A stretch of DNA of 34,137 nucleotides, taken from the NCBI GenBank assembly GCA_027451265.1, contig DAIDJT010000003.1, positions 1-34,137 of the forward strand. Reading direction: 5' to 3'. The DNA is from Bacteroidales bacterium (GTDB taxonomy: Bacteria; Bacteroidota; Bacteroidia; Bacteroidales; VadinHA17). Position 1 is the first letter of the stretch, and the number at the start of each line of letters is the position of its first letter. A model generated the notes under the pieces. The model was not told the DNA's origin. It worked only from the letters and a program-made list of their open reading frames with translations, and ran no database searches. Positions 1 through 8,422 of the stretch are shown one piece after another. The translations under genes and the position numbers were made by a program.

Positions 1-468
1 CCTCAGGTCCATCATGCTGGTACTGTCGGCCTGAAGGCCGATAAAGAAAATTTCGCCCATAACGCTTGACTGCGGTGCAAGGACGGGCTGGCCGACACCA
101 AGCGGCATCTGTGACGTGACGGTGATGAGCTTCTCGCTCACTATCTGACGGGCCCTGAAAATATCAGTGCCCCAGTCGAACTCAACCCATACAAATGAAT
201 AACCCTGCGATGAGGCCGACCGGACCCTTCGCACGCCGGTAGCACCGTTGACAGATGTCTCTATCGGGAATGTAACCAGTCGCTCAACCTCCTCCGAGGC
301 CATCCCGTGGGCGTCAGTCATGACAACCACCGTTGGAGCCGTCAGATCGGGAAAAACATCGATATCCATGTTCAGGGCGGTTCGCACACCGAAAACCACC
401 AGGGCCACTGAAAGGAGTATTATCAGATACTTGTTGTTCAGTGAGAACTTAATGATATTGTTTATCAT
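1..468 (-). CDS. CusA/CzcA-family heavy-metal efflux RND transporter, N-terminal part (runs off the left edge)
   Basis: Not in the ORF track. Hand translation from the ATG at 468 gives MINNIIKFSLNNKYLIILLSVALVVFGVRTALNMDIDVFPDLTAPTVVVMTDAHGMASEEVERLVTFPIETSVNGATGVRRVRSASSQGYSFVWVEFDWGTDIFRARQIVSEKL..., the typical HME-RND N-terminus (DVFPDL, EEVERLVTFPIE). Confidence 0.93.
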   Translation of the reverse strand, partial: MINNIIKFSLNNKYLIILLSVALVVFGVRTALNMDIDVFPDLTAPTVVVMTDAHGMASEEVERLVTFPIETSVNGATGVRRVRSASSQGYSFVWVEFDWGTDIFRARQIVSEKLITVTSQMPLGVGQPVLAPQSSVMGEIFFIGLQADSTSMMDLR

Positions 469-480
469 GGCTGCCGGCTT

Positions 481-1983
481 TTAATGTACGTGACCCGAAT
501 GTGCATCCAGTGCCCCGGTAGCCTGGGCAAGCTTGATAAGGATTGCACCCTTTGTCACTATGCGTTCATCATCCTTCAGGCCGCCGGTGACCTCCGTCCT
601 GATCCCGTCAGTTGCGCCGGCCTGTATCACCCTCTTCTCAAACCGTTCAGGCGTGACCTGCACAAACACGAAAAAGGCACCCTGCTCTTCAATCAATGCA
701 GTGTTTGGCACTGTAAGTGCTTCGGCATCCGAAACCGTTTTCAGCCAAAGTTCCACGAAGCTGCCCGGAACAAAACCGGCAATATTCTTAACCTGTATGC
801 TGACGGGGATAAGATAACTGTCTGCAGTGGCAGCTTTCCCGACGGAGAGAATTCTTCCTCCGAGCTCTTCGAGTGTATAGGCTTTATTATCGTCCGCACA
901 CTTAATGGTTGCTGTGGATATTGAGTTCAGAAACCGTGCATACCTTTGCTGCACTTCAGCCCGCAGCATGACAGTGCTGTTTTGTGAAATCACCATTAAC
1001 GGCTGCCCGGCCTCAACATATTGCCCGTTCTCAACCATCAGCTGCCTGACAAATCCTGTTATCGGGCTTGTCACAGTCTGCCCTGACCGGCTGAAATTCT
1101 GCTGCAGGTTCTCATAAACAGACCTGGCGTTTTCAAAACGCGTTTTTGCCTCCAGCAACTGCTTGCCAGACACTATTTTATCTGCCGCAAGAATCACCGC
1201 CCGGTCATATTCAGCCTTCGCCTGTTCATAGTTGTTTTGCGCCTCCGCGAACCTGACTCCGGAGTTGTCTTCTGCAAGACCGCTGCCCCTGATGGTAAGC
1301 AATGGCTGGCCGGATGAAACCTTTATCCCCTCCAGGATATTCTTGCCAGTAAAAGAGATTACTCCGGATGACCGTGCTGTCACCACAGATTCATTTCCCT
1401 GTGCGGGCTCCACCAGGGCAGTTGTTTTTATCACCTGGCCGAAGGGCTCACGCGAAGGATTCCCGGTTGAGAAATCTATTTTCCATGACTGCTCCTTTGT
1501 GAATGCAGTTGTGTTTACAGAGGCAGCTGCATTTTTTTCCACATCCTCCTCTGCCTCGCCGGCACCTGCATATACTGTCACCTCGGGGACAATGATCCTT
1601 GACTCTCCCGTTTCGGTTCTGATCAGGAATTCCATAGTTCCTTTCCCGGCTCCGGCCGGGGTCACATCAAAGCTGTAAATCCCCCTGCGGACGGGGTTCT
1701 CAACCGCCTCTTCCACCGTCTGCCCGTTGACTGTCAGTCTTATTGTCACAGAGCCTGATGGAAGTGGCTTGAAACCGGGAAGTGCAGTAAAGTGTGACAG
1801 AACGTTTGATGAGACGCCTGTCACAAAAGGATCAGCTTCAGCGAACAGCTCGAATTCATCACTGTAAACCGTATAATAAACCTTGAGATCTTCGTGGCTT
1901 GTCTCCGGGCTGACTGTTTTGCTGTTATTGCAGGCTGCCAGAAGCAGTAAGATAACAGGGACCATGAAATATTTAAAGTACAT
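481..1983 (-). CDS. RND efflux periplasmic adaptor (CusB/CzcB-like membrane fusion lipoprotein)
   Basis: Lipobox LLLAAC; lipoyl/barrel-sandwich motifs (VTSPITGFVRQLMVENGQYVEAGQPL); alpha-hairpin; C-terminal HSGHVH; 12 bp upstream of the CusA-like gene. Confidence 0.92.
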   Translation of the reverse strand: MYFKYFMVPVILLLLAACNNSKTVSPETSHEDLKVYYTVYSDEFELFAEADPFVTGVSSNVLSHFTALPGFKPLPSGSVTIRLTVNGQTVEEAVENPVRRGIYSFDVTPAGAGKGTMEFLIRTETGESRIIVPEVTVYAGAGEAEEDVEKNAAASVNTTAFTKEQSWKIDFSTGNPSREPFGQVIKTTALVEPAQGNESVVTARSSGVISFTGKNILEGIKVSSGQPLLTIRGSGLAEDNSGVRFAEAQNNYEQAKAEYDRAVILAADKIVSGKQLLEAKTRFENARSVYENLQQNFSRSGQTVTSPITGFVRQLMVENGQYVEAGQPLMVISQNSTVMLRAEVQQRYARFLNSISTATIKCADDNKAYTLEELGGRILSVGKAATADSYLIPVSIQVKNIAGFVPGSFVELWLKTVSDAEALTVPNTALIEEQGAFFVFVQVTPERFEKRVIQAGATDGIRTEVTGGLKDDERIVTKGAILIKLAQATGALDAHSGHVH

Positions 1984-2089
1984 TATAATTACTGTTTAAG
2001 ATTGGATTAAAAAGAATGATATCGCAGAAGTTTAATTTCCTGCAAATTGCGGCTATTCTCGGAATAAAACCTTATACAGTTGGAGGGGC

Positions 2090-2503
2090 TCAAAGCCCTG
2101 ATGAATGTGATGAAAGTGAAGAGTAGAGAAATATAGCCGGAGGCGCTGATAACGAATACAATAACTTAGTTCCCGGCGAGCCGGTTTCATTGGCCTGCAA
2201 GCCAACAAAAAGGTTTTCGCCCCATGGCTGGCTGCACTTTTTATCAATTAATTTCAAACCGGCAGTAAGCTGGTTTGAGCTCACAACCACAGGGTCTTTC
2301 AGAACACAATGACCGTCACCGTCTTCGCCATCGTGATGGTGATTATCGGGGCTGGAACCATGGTCACCTGCAGGCTCCTCACCTGTGCAGTGTGATTTTA
2401 TAAAACAGATCAGGTTACCGTGATGATGATGGGGTACAACAGCATGACCCAGGAACAGTAATCCTGCCATTAATAAAAATGATGCTGCTGTGTGTTTAAT
2501 CAT
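2090..2503 (-). CDS. His/Cys-rich small exported leader protein (DUF6769/DUF2946-like) with a C-terminal RAPP motif interrupted by TGA
   Basis: Hydrophobic N-terminus, then VVPHHHH, HC, HHHD and HC. Reading through the TGA at 2092-2090 gives GL*APPTV then TAA (2074-2072). Sits directly upstream of the metal efflux genes. Confidence 0.75.
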   Translation of the reverse strand: MIKHTAASFLLMAGLLFLGHAVVPHHHHGNLICFIKSHCTGEEPAGDHGSSPDNHHHDGEDGDGHCVLKDPVVVSSNQLTAGLKLIDKKCSQPWGENLFVGLQANETGSPGTKLLYSLSAPPAIFLYSSLSSHSSGL

Positions 2504-2580
2504 AATCTCCCCGGGAACCCGTGCAATTATAACGAAATATCAAATATCATGTTCATTCACTGCCGGCAAATTGCATTCAT

Positions 2581-3234
2581 TCACTGCATTATCAGACCGT
2601 CCTTGATCCTGATCGTCCGGTCAGACATCGATGCCAGTTGCGGGTCATGGGTCACAATGATGAATGTATGCCCGAAAGTGTCACGCAGCCTGAAGAAGAG
2701 ATTGTGAAGCTCCTTCTTGTTTTCGGTGTCAAGGTTACCGGAAGGTTCGTCTGCCAGTATCAGTGACGGACTGTTTACAATAGCCCGTGCCACGGCAACA
2801 CGCTGCTGTTCGCCTCCGCTCAGCTGTGAAGGCTTATGGTCAAGCCTGTCACTCATTCCCAGGAAATCTAGGAGTTCTGTAGCCCTGGCTGCCGCCTCGG
2901 CACGTGATTTCCCCGCAATGAGCGCCGGGATACAAACATTCTCAAGCGCTGTGAACTCAGGAAGCAACTGGTGAAACTGGAAAATAAAGCCGATGTGCTT
3001 ATTCCTGAAGGCAGCCAGGGCCCGCTGTGAAAGCTGCCCGGGATCCTGTCCGTTGATAAGGACCGTCCCTGCATCAGCCCTGTCAAGTGTTCCGATAATC
3101 TGAAGCAGTGTGGTTTTACCGGCGCCGCTGGCCCCGACAATGGCAACCACCTCTTTCTCTTCCACCTCAAGGTTAATGCCTTTGAGCACCCTGAGGTCAC
3201 CGTATGACTTCATTATGCCGGTTGCCCTTATCAT
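2581..3234 (-). CDS. lolD: ABC transporter ATP-binding protein, LolD/MacB-type
   Basis: Walker [26 protein letters not shown], signature [14 protein letters not shown], Walker [13 protein letters not shown]-loop VTHD. The lolD symbol is the best guess. Confidence 0.85.
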   Translation of the reverse strand: MIRATGIMKSYGDLRVLKGINLEVEEKEVVAIVGASGAGKTTLLQIIGTLDRADAGTVLINGQDPGQLSQRALAAFRNKHIGFIFQFHQLLPEFTALENVCIPALIAGKSRAEAAARATELLDFLGMSDRLDHKPSQLSGGEQQRVAVARAIVNSPSLILADEPSGNLDTENKKELHNLFFRLRDTFGHTFIIVTHDPQLASMSDRTIRIKDGLIMQ

Positions 3235-3593
3235 CTTGATTCCTGGTTTAGGTCGCGTGCCGTATCATTTATCTCATCAGAGAGAGGCGAGGCAGCCTCA
3301 GTAAAGTCCTTCCTCACGCTGTTAGTCACGTCATTGATATCGCGCCTCACCGAATTTGTCACATCATTGATATCGCGCCTTACCGAGCTTGTCACATCAT
3401 TGATATCTTTCCTTATATCCTCGGTACTCTCATCAAACTCCTTCTTTATTTCGTCAGTGGCTTTCCGGACCTCCCGCATCCCTTTGCCCATGGCACGAGC
3501 TATCTCCGGCAGCTTGTCAGCTCCGAAAAGCAGCAGAACCGCAATCAGAATGAAGATTATCTCCTGTCCGCTTATGAATAGCAATGTTCCCAT
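3231..3593 (-). CDS. tatA: Twin-arginine translocase TatA/TatB-family subunit
   Basis: [44 protein letters not shown] (TM helix, FG hinge, amphipathic helix); ATGA overlap with the downstream ATPase gene. Confidence 0.9.
   Translation of the reverse strand: MGTLLFISGQEIIFILIAVLLLFGADKLPEIARAMGKGMREVRKATDEIKKEFDESTEDIRKDINDVTSSVRRDINDVTNSVRRDINDVTNSVRKDFTEAASPLSDEINDTARDLNQESR
3307..3420 (-). repeat. 33-bp (11-aa) tandem coding repeat in the TatA tail, about 3 copies
   Basis: gtcac(g/a)tcattgatatc at 3325, 3358 and 3391; protein (DINDVT[S/N]SVR[R/K])x3. Confidence 0.9.
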
Positions 3594-3615
3594 CAGGGTT
3601 GCTTTTTATGCCCGG

Positions 3616-3623
3616 CAAAGTTA
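3616..3623 (-). promoter_or_regulatory. Bacteroidota sigma-A -7 element for tatA-lolD
   Basis: TAACTTTG on the minus strand matches TAnnTTTG, 22 bp upstream of the tatA ATG. Confidence 0.65.
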
Positions 3624-3665
3624 GTAAAGAATAAGATAAGATATGAAGCAGCCGGCAATAAATGG

Positions 3666-3693
3666 CTGAGGCTGCCTTTCGGGGCAGCCTCAG
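3666..3693 (-). terminator. Strong hairpin, probable secDF terminator
   Basis: 11-bp perfect stem ctgaggctgcc / ggcagcctcag with a GAAA-containing loop on the minus strand, followed only by a weak U tract (ccatttattg). Confidence 0.65.
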
Positions 3694-3694
3694 T

Positions 3695-3810
3695 TCCGGA
3701 GCCGTTAACCGGCTATTTGTTTCTTAATTGGGTCATCGCGGTGAAAATCCGCTCCCGGGCTCTTAACCGGCTATCTTTTTCTTTTCGGTCTCACCTGGAT
3801 GAGCATCAGC
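3695..3810 (-). repeat. Degenerate 58-bp-period tandem duplication of the secDF 3' end
   Basis: 3763-3810 aligns ungapped to 3705-3752 (33/48 nt by hand count, including an exact ttaaccggctat). Confidence 0.7.
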
Positions 3811-6783
3811 TTCTCCACCTTTCTCCTTTGTTGTTTCATAGAGAACCGGGGTTGAAATGAAGAGCGATGAGTAAGTCCCGAAAACTATACCGAATAGCAG
3901 GGCAAAGATAAATCCTCTGATCACCTCCCCTCCGAATATGAAGATCACAATAAGCACGAAGATGGTTGCCATACCGGTGTTGAGTGTTCGGGCCAGCGTG
4001 CTGTTCAGGGCAAGGTTGTAAATTTCCTTCTTGGACCTCTTCCTGTATATCGGCAGATACTCCCTGACCCTGTCGAATATAACCACCGTGTCGTTCAGAG
4101 AATATCCCACCACGGTAAGTATAGCTGCAATAAACGATTGGTCAATATCCATCGAGAACGGCATCACCCCCTGAAGTATCGAATAGAGACCCAGCACAAT
4201 GATCACGTCATGAGCCAGGGCAACAATGGATCCGACTCCATATTGCCACTTGCGGAACCTGATAAAGATATAGAGGAACATCCCCACAAGTGCAAGGAGT
4301 ATGGCCCAGATAGCCTTCGAAGCCTGGTCCTTCGCAATTGTGGGACCGACAGTTTCAGAACTGACAATATTGTTCGCAATGAAACTCTGCTGGTCAACAC
4401 CCGGAACAAGATCCTTAAGACCGGTGTACAGCAGTCCGTTGACCTCGTCTGTTGCAGCAGGGTCCTCAACCTTGTACTTGGTGCTGATCTTTACCTGGTT
4501 ATCGGAACCAAAGGTCACCACCACCGGGTCTCCGCCAAGCTTGTCTGAGAGGAGGTTGGCAATCTCACCTGTATTGACGGGCTGCTCGAACCTTACAACA
4601 TAGGTACGGCCGCCGGTGAAGTCTATGCCCCTGCTCAGCCCCTTGGTTGAAAGACTGACAATGGCGAGTATCGAGAGTGAAATTGAGAAAATGTACCCGT
4701 ACTTTCTCAGGCTTACAAAGTCAATGTGCATGTTCTCAAGGAAATTCTCGGTATAGGGTGCAGAGAACTTAAGGTGAACATTTTTCTTCAGCAGCCACTC
4801 ATAAATGAGTCGTGAGACAAGCACTGCCGAGAAAAGTGAAGTAATGATACCGATAACCAGTGTTGAGGCAAAACCCTTTATAGGACCGGTACCGAAATAA
4901 TACAGAATCACACCGGTAACCAGCGTTGTCAGGTTACTGTCAATGATTGCAGAAGATGCTCCCTTGTAACCGTCAGCTATGGCCTGTTTGACCCCCTTGC
5001 CTCCGCGAAGCTCTTCCTTGATCCTCTCGAAGATAAGCACGTTGGCGTCAACCGACATACCGATCGTAAGCACTATACCGGCGATACCGGGAAGCGTCAG
5101 AACGGCGTTAAGGGAGACAAGAACTCCCATCATGAAGAAGAGGTTGACAGTCATTGCAATATCTGCCACTGTACCGGCTGACCGGCTGTAGTAGAAGATC
5201 ATGTAAATGAGCACGATGATGAAGGCAATGACGAATGATTTCATACCGCTGTTGATAGCCTCCTTGCCAAGGGAGGGACCCACAACCGTATCCTGTATGA
5301 TGTGTGCAGGAGCGGGCATCTTTCCTGACTTGAGGATATTGGCAAGGTCCTCAGCCTCCTCAAGGGTGAAGTCGCCGGTAATTTCGGTGTTTCCTCCGGC
5401 GATTTCATTCTGTACGCGCGGGTATGACCTTACATAGTCATCAAGCACAACTGCTATGCACCTGTTGATGTTGTCACGTGTCATGCGCTGCCATATCTTG
5501 GCTCCCTCGGCATTCATTGAAAAGTCAACCTTGATGTCAGAGCCTGTGACACCGGTTGAAGGACGAGCACTGGTGACGACGTCACCTGTAAGCGGTGCAC
5601 GGCCGTCACGGGTGGTTATTTTTATTGCATGGAGTTCAAACAGGGTATGCGTCGGATCCCACTTATGAGGATTCTGGCTCCAGTAGAACCTCAGTTCCCT
5701 GGGGAAGAGTGACTTGATCTGGTTCATGGCCAGGTAACCATTGACCCTTGCAGTGTCCTTGCCTGCGGCGAAGCCGACTATGCTGCTGGGCTCAGGCTGA
5801 CCTTCTGCTGAAACGTTTGGTCTGAGCAAACCGAAGAGCGGATTCTGGCGGGTAAACTCCTCGATATTGGAAGCTTCGGCTGCGGCGGAAGTGTCACTGC
5901 TTACCATATCAAGGAGTGACTTGTCGCCGGTTGTCGTGTCACGAACTGCACCGGCTGTCCCTCCTGAAGCAATGCTGTCTGTTGCGGCAGCAATTGCATC
6001 GGTTGGCATCACTGACCTCAGAAAGTCATTGGCCTGAATCAGGTAACCGATTACCTCCGGGTTTTCATATGTCTCCCAGAACTCCAGGTTGGCTGTTCCC
6101 TGCAGGAGGTCACGCACCCTCTCAGGGTCTTTCACGCCAGGAAGTTCAACGAGGATACGGCCGCGTGGCTGAAGGTGGGAAATGTTTGGCTGTACAACGC
6201 CGAAACGGTCAATCCTGTTCCTGAGAACATTAAAAGCGTTGTCTATGGCCGAGTTGGTTTCAGTCTCAAGCACCTTCTGCACATCTGCATTGGTGGAATT
6301 GAAGTTGATGCGGTCTTTCAGCTCAACAGTGCCAAAAACACCTGCAAGCCTGGCATTCGGGTCCAGTTCTTCAAAGGACCGTACAAACAGGGTAATGAAG
6401 TCCTCGTTGCTGCCTCCGCGCTGTTTCTGCTTTGCCACTGCAAGCGCCTCATTGAATGTCTTGTCTGTACTGTAGTTTGAAAGAGCCCTGACGATGTCCT
6501 CAACTGAAATCTCAAGCACCACGTTCATTCCGCCCTTGAGGTCAAGACCCAGGTTGATCTCCTTGGTCTGCACCTCCTTGTAAGTATTGCCGAGGAACCC
6601 CCACTGATCCTTTGGCAGGGAGGCAACCGAGTCAATGTATGCCACCTCCTTGTTAAGATCACCTGCTGCATATTCCCTCGCTTCCTTCTTGACCTTGAAT
6701 GAGGCCGCGGTGAAGGAGAGCTGGTAAATGCAAACAAGGGTCAGGGCAATAGCCAGAGCTGAAATTAATCCTTTGTTCTGCAT
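3763..6783 (-). CDS. secDF: Protein translocase subunit SecDF (fused)
   Basis: NLGLDLKGG, LRNRIDRFGV, LTLPGIAGIVLTIGMSVDANVLIFERIKEE, GIDFTGG, VGYSLNDTVVIFDRVRE. Confidence 0.98.
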   Translation of the reverse strand: MQNKGLISALAIALTLVCIYQLSFTAASFKVKKEAREYAAGDLNKEVAYIDSVASLPKDQWGFLGNTYKEVQTKEINLGLDLKGGMNVVLEISVEDIVRALSNYSTDKTFNEALAVAKQKQRGGSNEDFITLFVRSFEELDPNARLAGVFGTVELKDRINFNSTNADVQKVLETETNSAIDNAFNVLRNRIDRFGVVQPNISHLQPRGRILVELPGVKDPERVRDLLQGTANLEFWETYENPEVIGYLIQANDFLRSVMPTDAIAAATDSIASGGTAGAVRDTTTGDKSLLDMVSSDTSAAAEASNIEEFTRQNPLFGLLRPNVSAEGQPEPSSIVGFAAGKDTARVNGYLAMNQIKSLFPRELRFYWSQNPHKWDPTHTLFELHAIKITTRDGRAPLTGDVVTSARPSTGVTGSDIKVDFSMNAEGAKIWQRMTRDNINRCIAVVLDDYVRSYPRVQNEIAGGNTEITGDFTLEEAEDLANILKSGKMPAPAHIIQDTVVGPSLGKEAINSGMKSFVIAFIIVLIYMIFYYSRSAGTVADIAMTVNLFFMMGVLVSLNAVLTLPGIAGIVLTIGMSVDANVLIFERIKEELRGGKGVKQAIADGYKGASSAIIDSNLTTLVTGVILYYFGTGPIKGFASTLVIGIITSLFSAVLVSRLIYEWLLKKNVHLKFSAPYTENFLENMHIDFVSLRKYGYIFSISLSILAIVSLSTKGLSRGIDFTGGRTYVVRFEQPVNTGEIANLLSDKLGGDPVVVTFGSDNQVKISTKYKVEDPAATDEVNGLLYTGLKDLVPGVDQQSFIANNIVSSETVGPTIAKDQASKAIWAILLALVGMFLYIFIRFRKWQYGVGSIVALAHDVIIVLGLYSILQGVMPFSMDIDQSFIAAILTVVGYSLNDTVVIFDRVREYLPIYRKRSKKEIYNLALNSTLARTLNTGMATIFVLIVIFIFGGEVIRGFIFALLFGIVFGTYSSLFISTPVLYETTKEKGGEADAHPGETEKKKIAG

Positions 6784-6840
6784 CTGTATCCTCTTTTAAA
6801 ATTATGATTGTATGTGAAACGGTTTGATATTTACGAGGCG

Positions 6841-6848
6841 CAAATATA
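6841..6848 (-). promoter_or_regulatory. -7 promoter element for secDF
   Basis: TATATTTG followed by CGCC on the minus strand, in an AT-rich intergenic region. Confidence 0.7.
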
Positions 6849-6882
6849 AAACAATATTTTCTTAAACCATATGATTAATAAG

Positions 6883-6908
6883 CAAAACTGCCGGCGTAAA
6901 CCGGCAGT
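6883..6908 (-). terminator. Rho-independent terminator of the adaptor/permease/TolC operon
   Basis: actgccgg-N6-ccggcagt hairpin followed by TTTG on the minus strand, 20 bp after the TolC stop. Confidence 0.7.
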
Positions 6909-6928
6909 CTCATATTATCCTTTCAGGT

Positions 6929-8413
6929 TTATTCAACCAGTTTTTCGTAGTCGGTATCCAGCGGCTTGCGCGTTATGAAATCATAAAGGGTGAGCGCCCT
7001 CATATTGTAATAGTAGCTCCAGTAATTGTTAAGGGCCTGGATATAATTACGCTTGTTCTGGTCCTTCTTTGTATCTGCATTGTTTAATTCAAGGACATCA
7101 ATCTTTCCTATAAGAAAGCGCTGTTTGGTCACCTCAAACATCTTGGCAGCAACAGTATCAGACTTGGCAGCAATGACAACCTGGTCATCCTGCATGTTGA
7201 ACTGCTGCACATCAAGCAGAAGACTCTGTTCAAAATCGCTTCGCGACTGCTCGACCTGGACACGTGTAAGCTCCTCGCTCGACTTTGCCATCTTGTAACG
7301 GCCGCGCCCCTGTCCCCAGTCAAGTATCGGGAGGGAGAACGAGACCCTGATTGTCTGCTGCTGGTTGGGCTTGTCATAGGCCATGTTGAGCAAAGGGTCC
7401 TGGTCACGCAAACCATATGATGCCGTCAGGTTGGCGTTGAGACCCTTCTCAGCCTTTGCCTGTGCAACAGAACTCTGGGCCTCAACCAGCTGACGCTCCA
7501 TGGCAATCATTTCAGGATTGTTCTGTTCTGCAAGCTTCAGAACCTCACTTACCTCAACCTGAAGATCGGGAATCTTACTCGGGACGAGCAGCTCAAGGCG
7601 GACTGACTGGTTAAACCCAAGGAATGACCTGAGCTTAAGCTCACGGTCACGGAGGTTCATCTCAGACTCATTGATAGCTGTCCCGGCATTGAGATATGAC
7701 AGTTCCATCTGCAGGAGCTCATCTTCCGCGATTGTTCCCAGGTTGTAACGCCCCTTGGCAATCTGATACAGTGTATCAGCATTCTGCATGTTGGTCTCAG
7801 CTATCTCCTTGTTTATCTGTGCAAGCGCCAGGTTGAAGAAGTACTGCACGGCCATCATATGGACATTCTCCACATCCCTCAGGTATGTCTTGCGTGCCTC
7901 CTCATACTTGAGCGGCTCAATCTTCTTCTGCCATCTCAGCTCATTGTACCTGAAGAGTGGCTGTGTCAGCCTGACGTTCAGAGGAGAAGTAATATACCTC
8001 TCGCCTTCTGTCTCGAAGTTCTTCTCATAAGTCATATCAGAGTAAAGCGATATGGAACCGCCAGTAAAACCGATGTTCTGAGCCAGCGAGAGGTTGCCGG
8101 TAGTCTGAAGAACGTTTGTGGAGGCATACTCCCACTGCTGTGACACTGAGTTCCAGACCCTGTTGTAAGCCGTGCTGTAATCAGGCAGGCTGCCCGAAAG
8201 TGAAAGGATCGGCCTGTAGTCTGCTACAAATGTGCGGTACTGCCAGTAACTTGCACGGAAACGGTGCTTGGCAATCAGGGCATTGGGCGACTGCTCCGAC
8301 GCAAGCCTGACAACCTCATCAAGGGTAAGACGCTTTACCTCCTGTGGCATCGCCGGCAGGGCAATGAGTCCTGAAAATAATACTGCCAGTGAAAGTGCTT
8401 TTATGCTTTTCAT
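6929..8413 (-). CDS. TolC-family outer membrane efflux protein
   Basis: Signal peptide, LTLDEVVRLASEQSP start, two OEP repeats (RYNLGTIAEDELLQ / RFLIGKIDVLELNN), SLPILDWG. Confidence 0.93.
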   Translation of the reverse strand: MKSIKALSLAVLFSGLIALPAMPQEVKRLTLDEVVRLASEQSPNALIAKHRFRASYWQYRTFVADYRPILSLSGSLPDYSTAYNRVWNSVSQQWEYASTNVLQTTGNLSLAQNIGFTGGSISLYSDMTYEKNFETEGERYITSPLNVRLTQPLFRYNELRWQKKIEPLKYEEARKTYLRDVENVHMMAVQYFFNLALAQINKEIAETNMQNADTLYQIAKGRYNLGTIAEDELLQMELSYLNAGTAINESEMNLRDRELKLRSFLGFNQSVRLELLVPSKIPDLQVEVSEVLKLAEQNNPEMIAMERQLVEAQSSVAQAKAEKGLNANLTASYGLRDQDPLLNMAYDKPNQQQTIRVSFSLPILDWGQGRGRYKMAKSSEELTRVQVEQSRSDFEQSLLLDVQQFNMQDDQVVIAAKSDTVAAKMFEVTKQRFLIGKIDVLELNNADTKKDQNKRNYIQALNNYWSYYYNMRALTLYDFITRKPLDTDYEKLVE

Positions 8414-8422
8414 ATAATCTTA

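Noticed and set aside
248-1678. Plus-strand ORFs (248-484, 484-924, 533-817, 1232-1678) and similar ORFs across the window such as 9660-10235, 12805-13341 and 29730-30554
   Set aside because: Antisense or off-frame shadows of well-supported genes, with no recognisable motifs.
2072-2092. Selenocysteine at the in-frame TGA
   Set aside because: The motif position calls for Arg, not Cys, and I see no convincing bacterial SECIS hairpin directly after the UGA.
3325-3407. Phased gatatc-containing repeats as an operator array or iterons
   Set aside because: Fully explained by the in-frame 11-aa TatA repeat.
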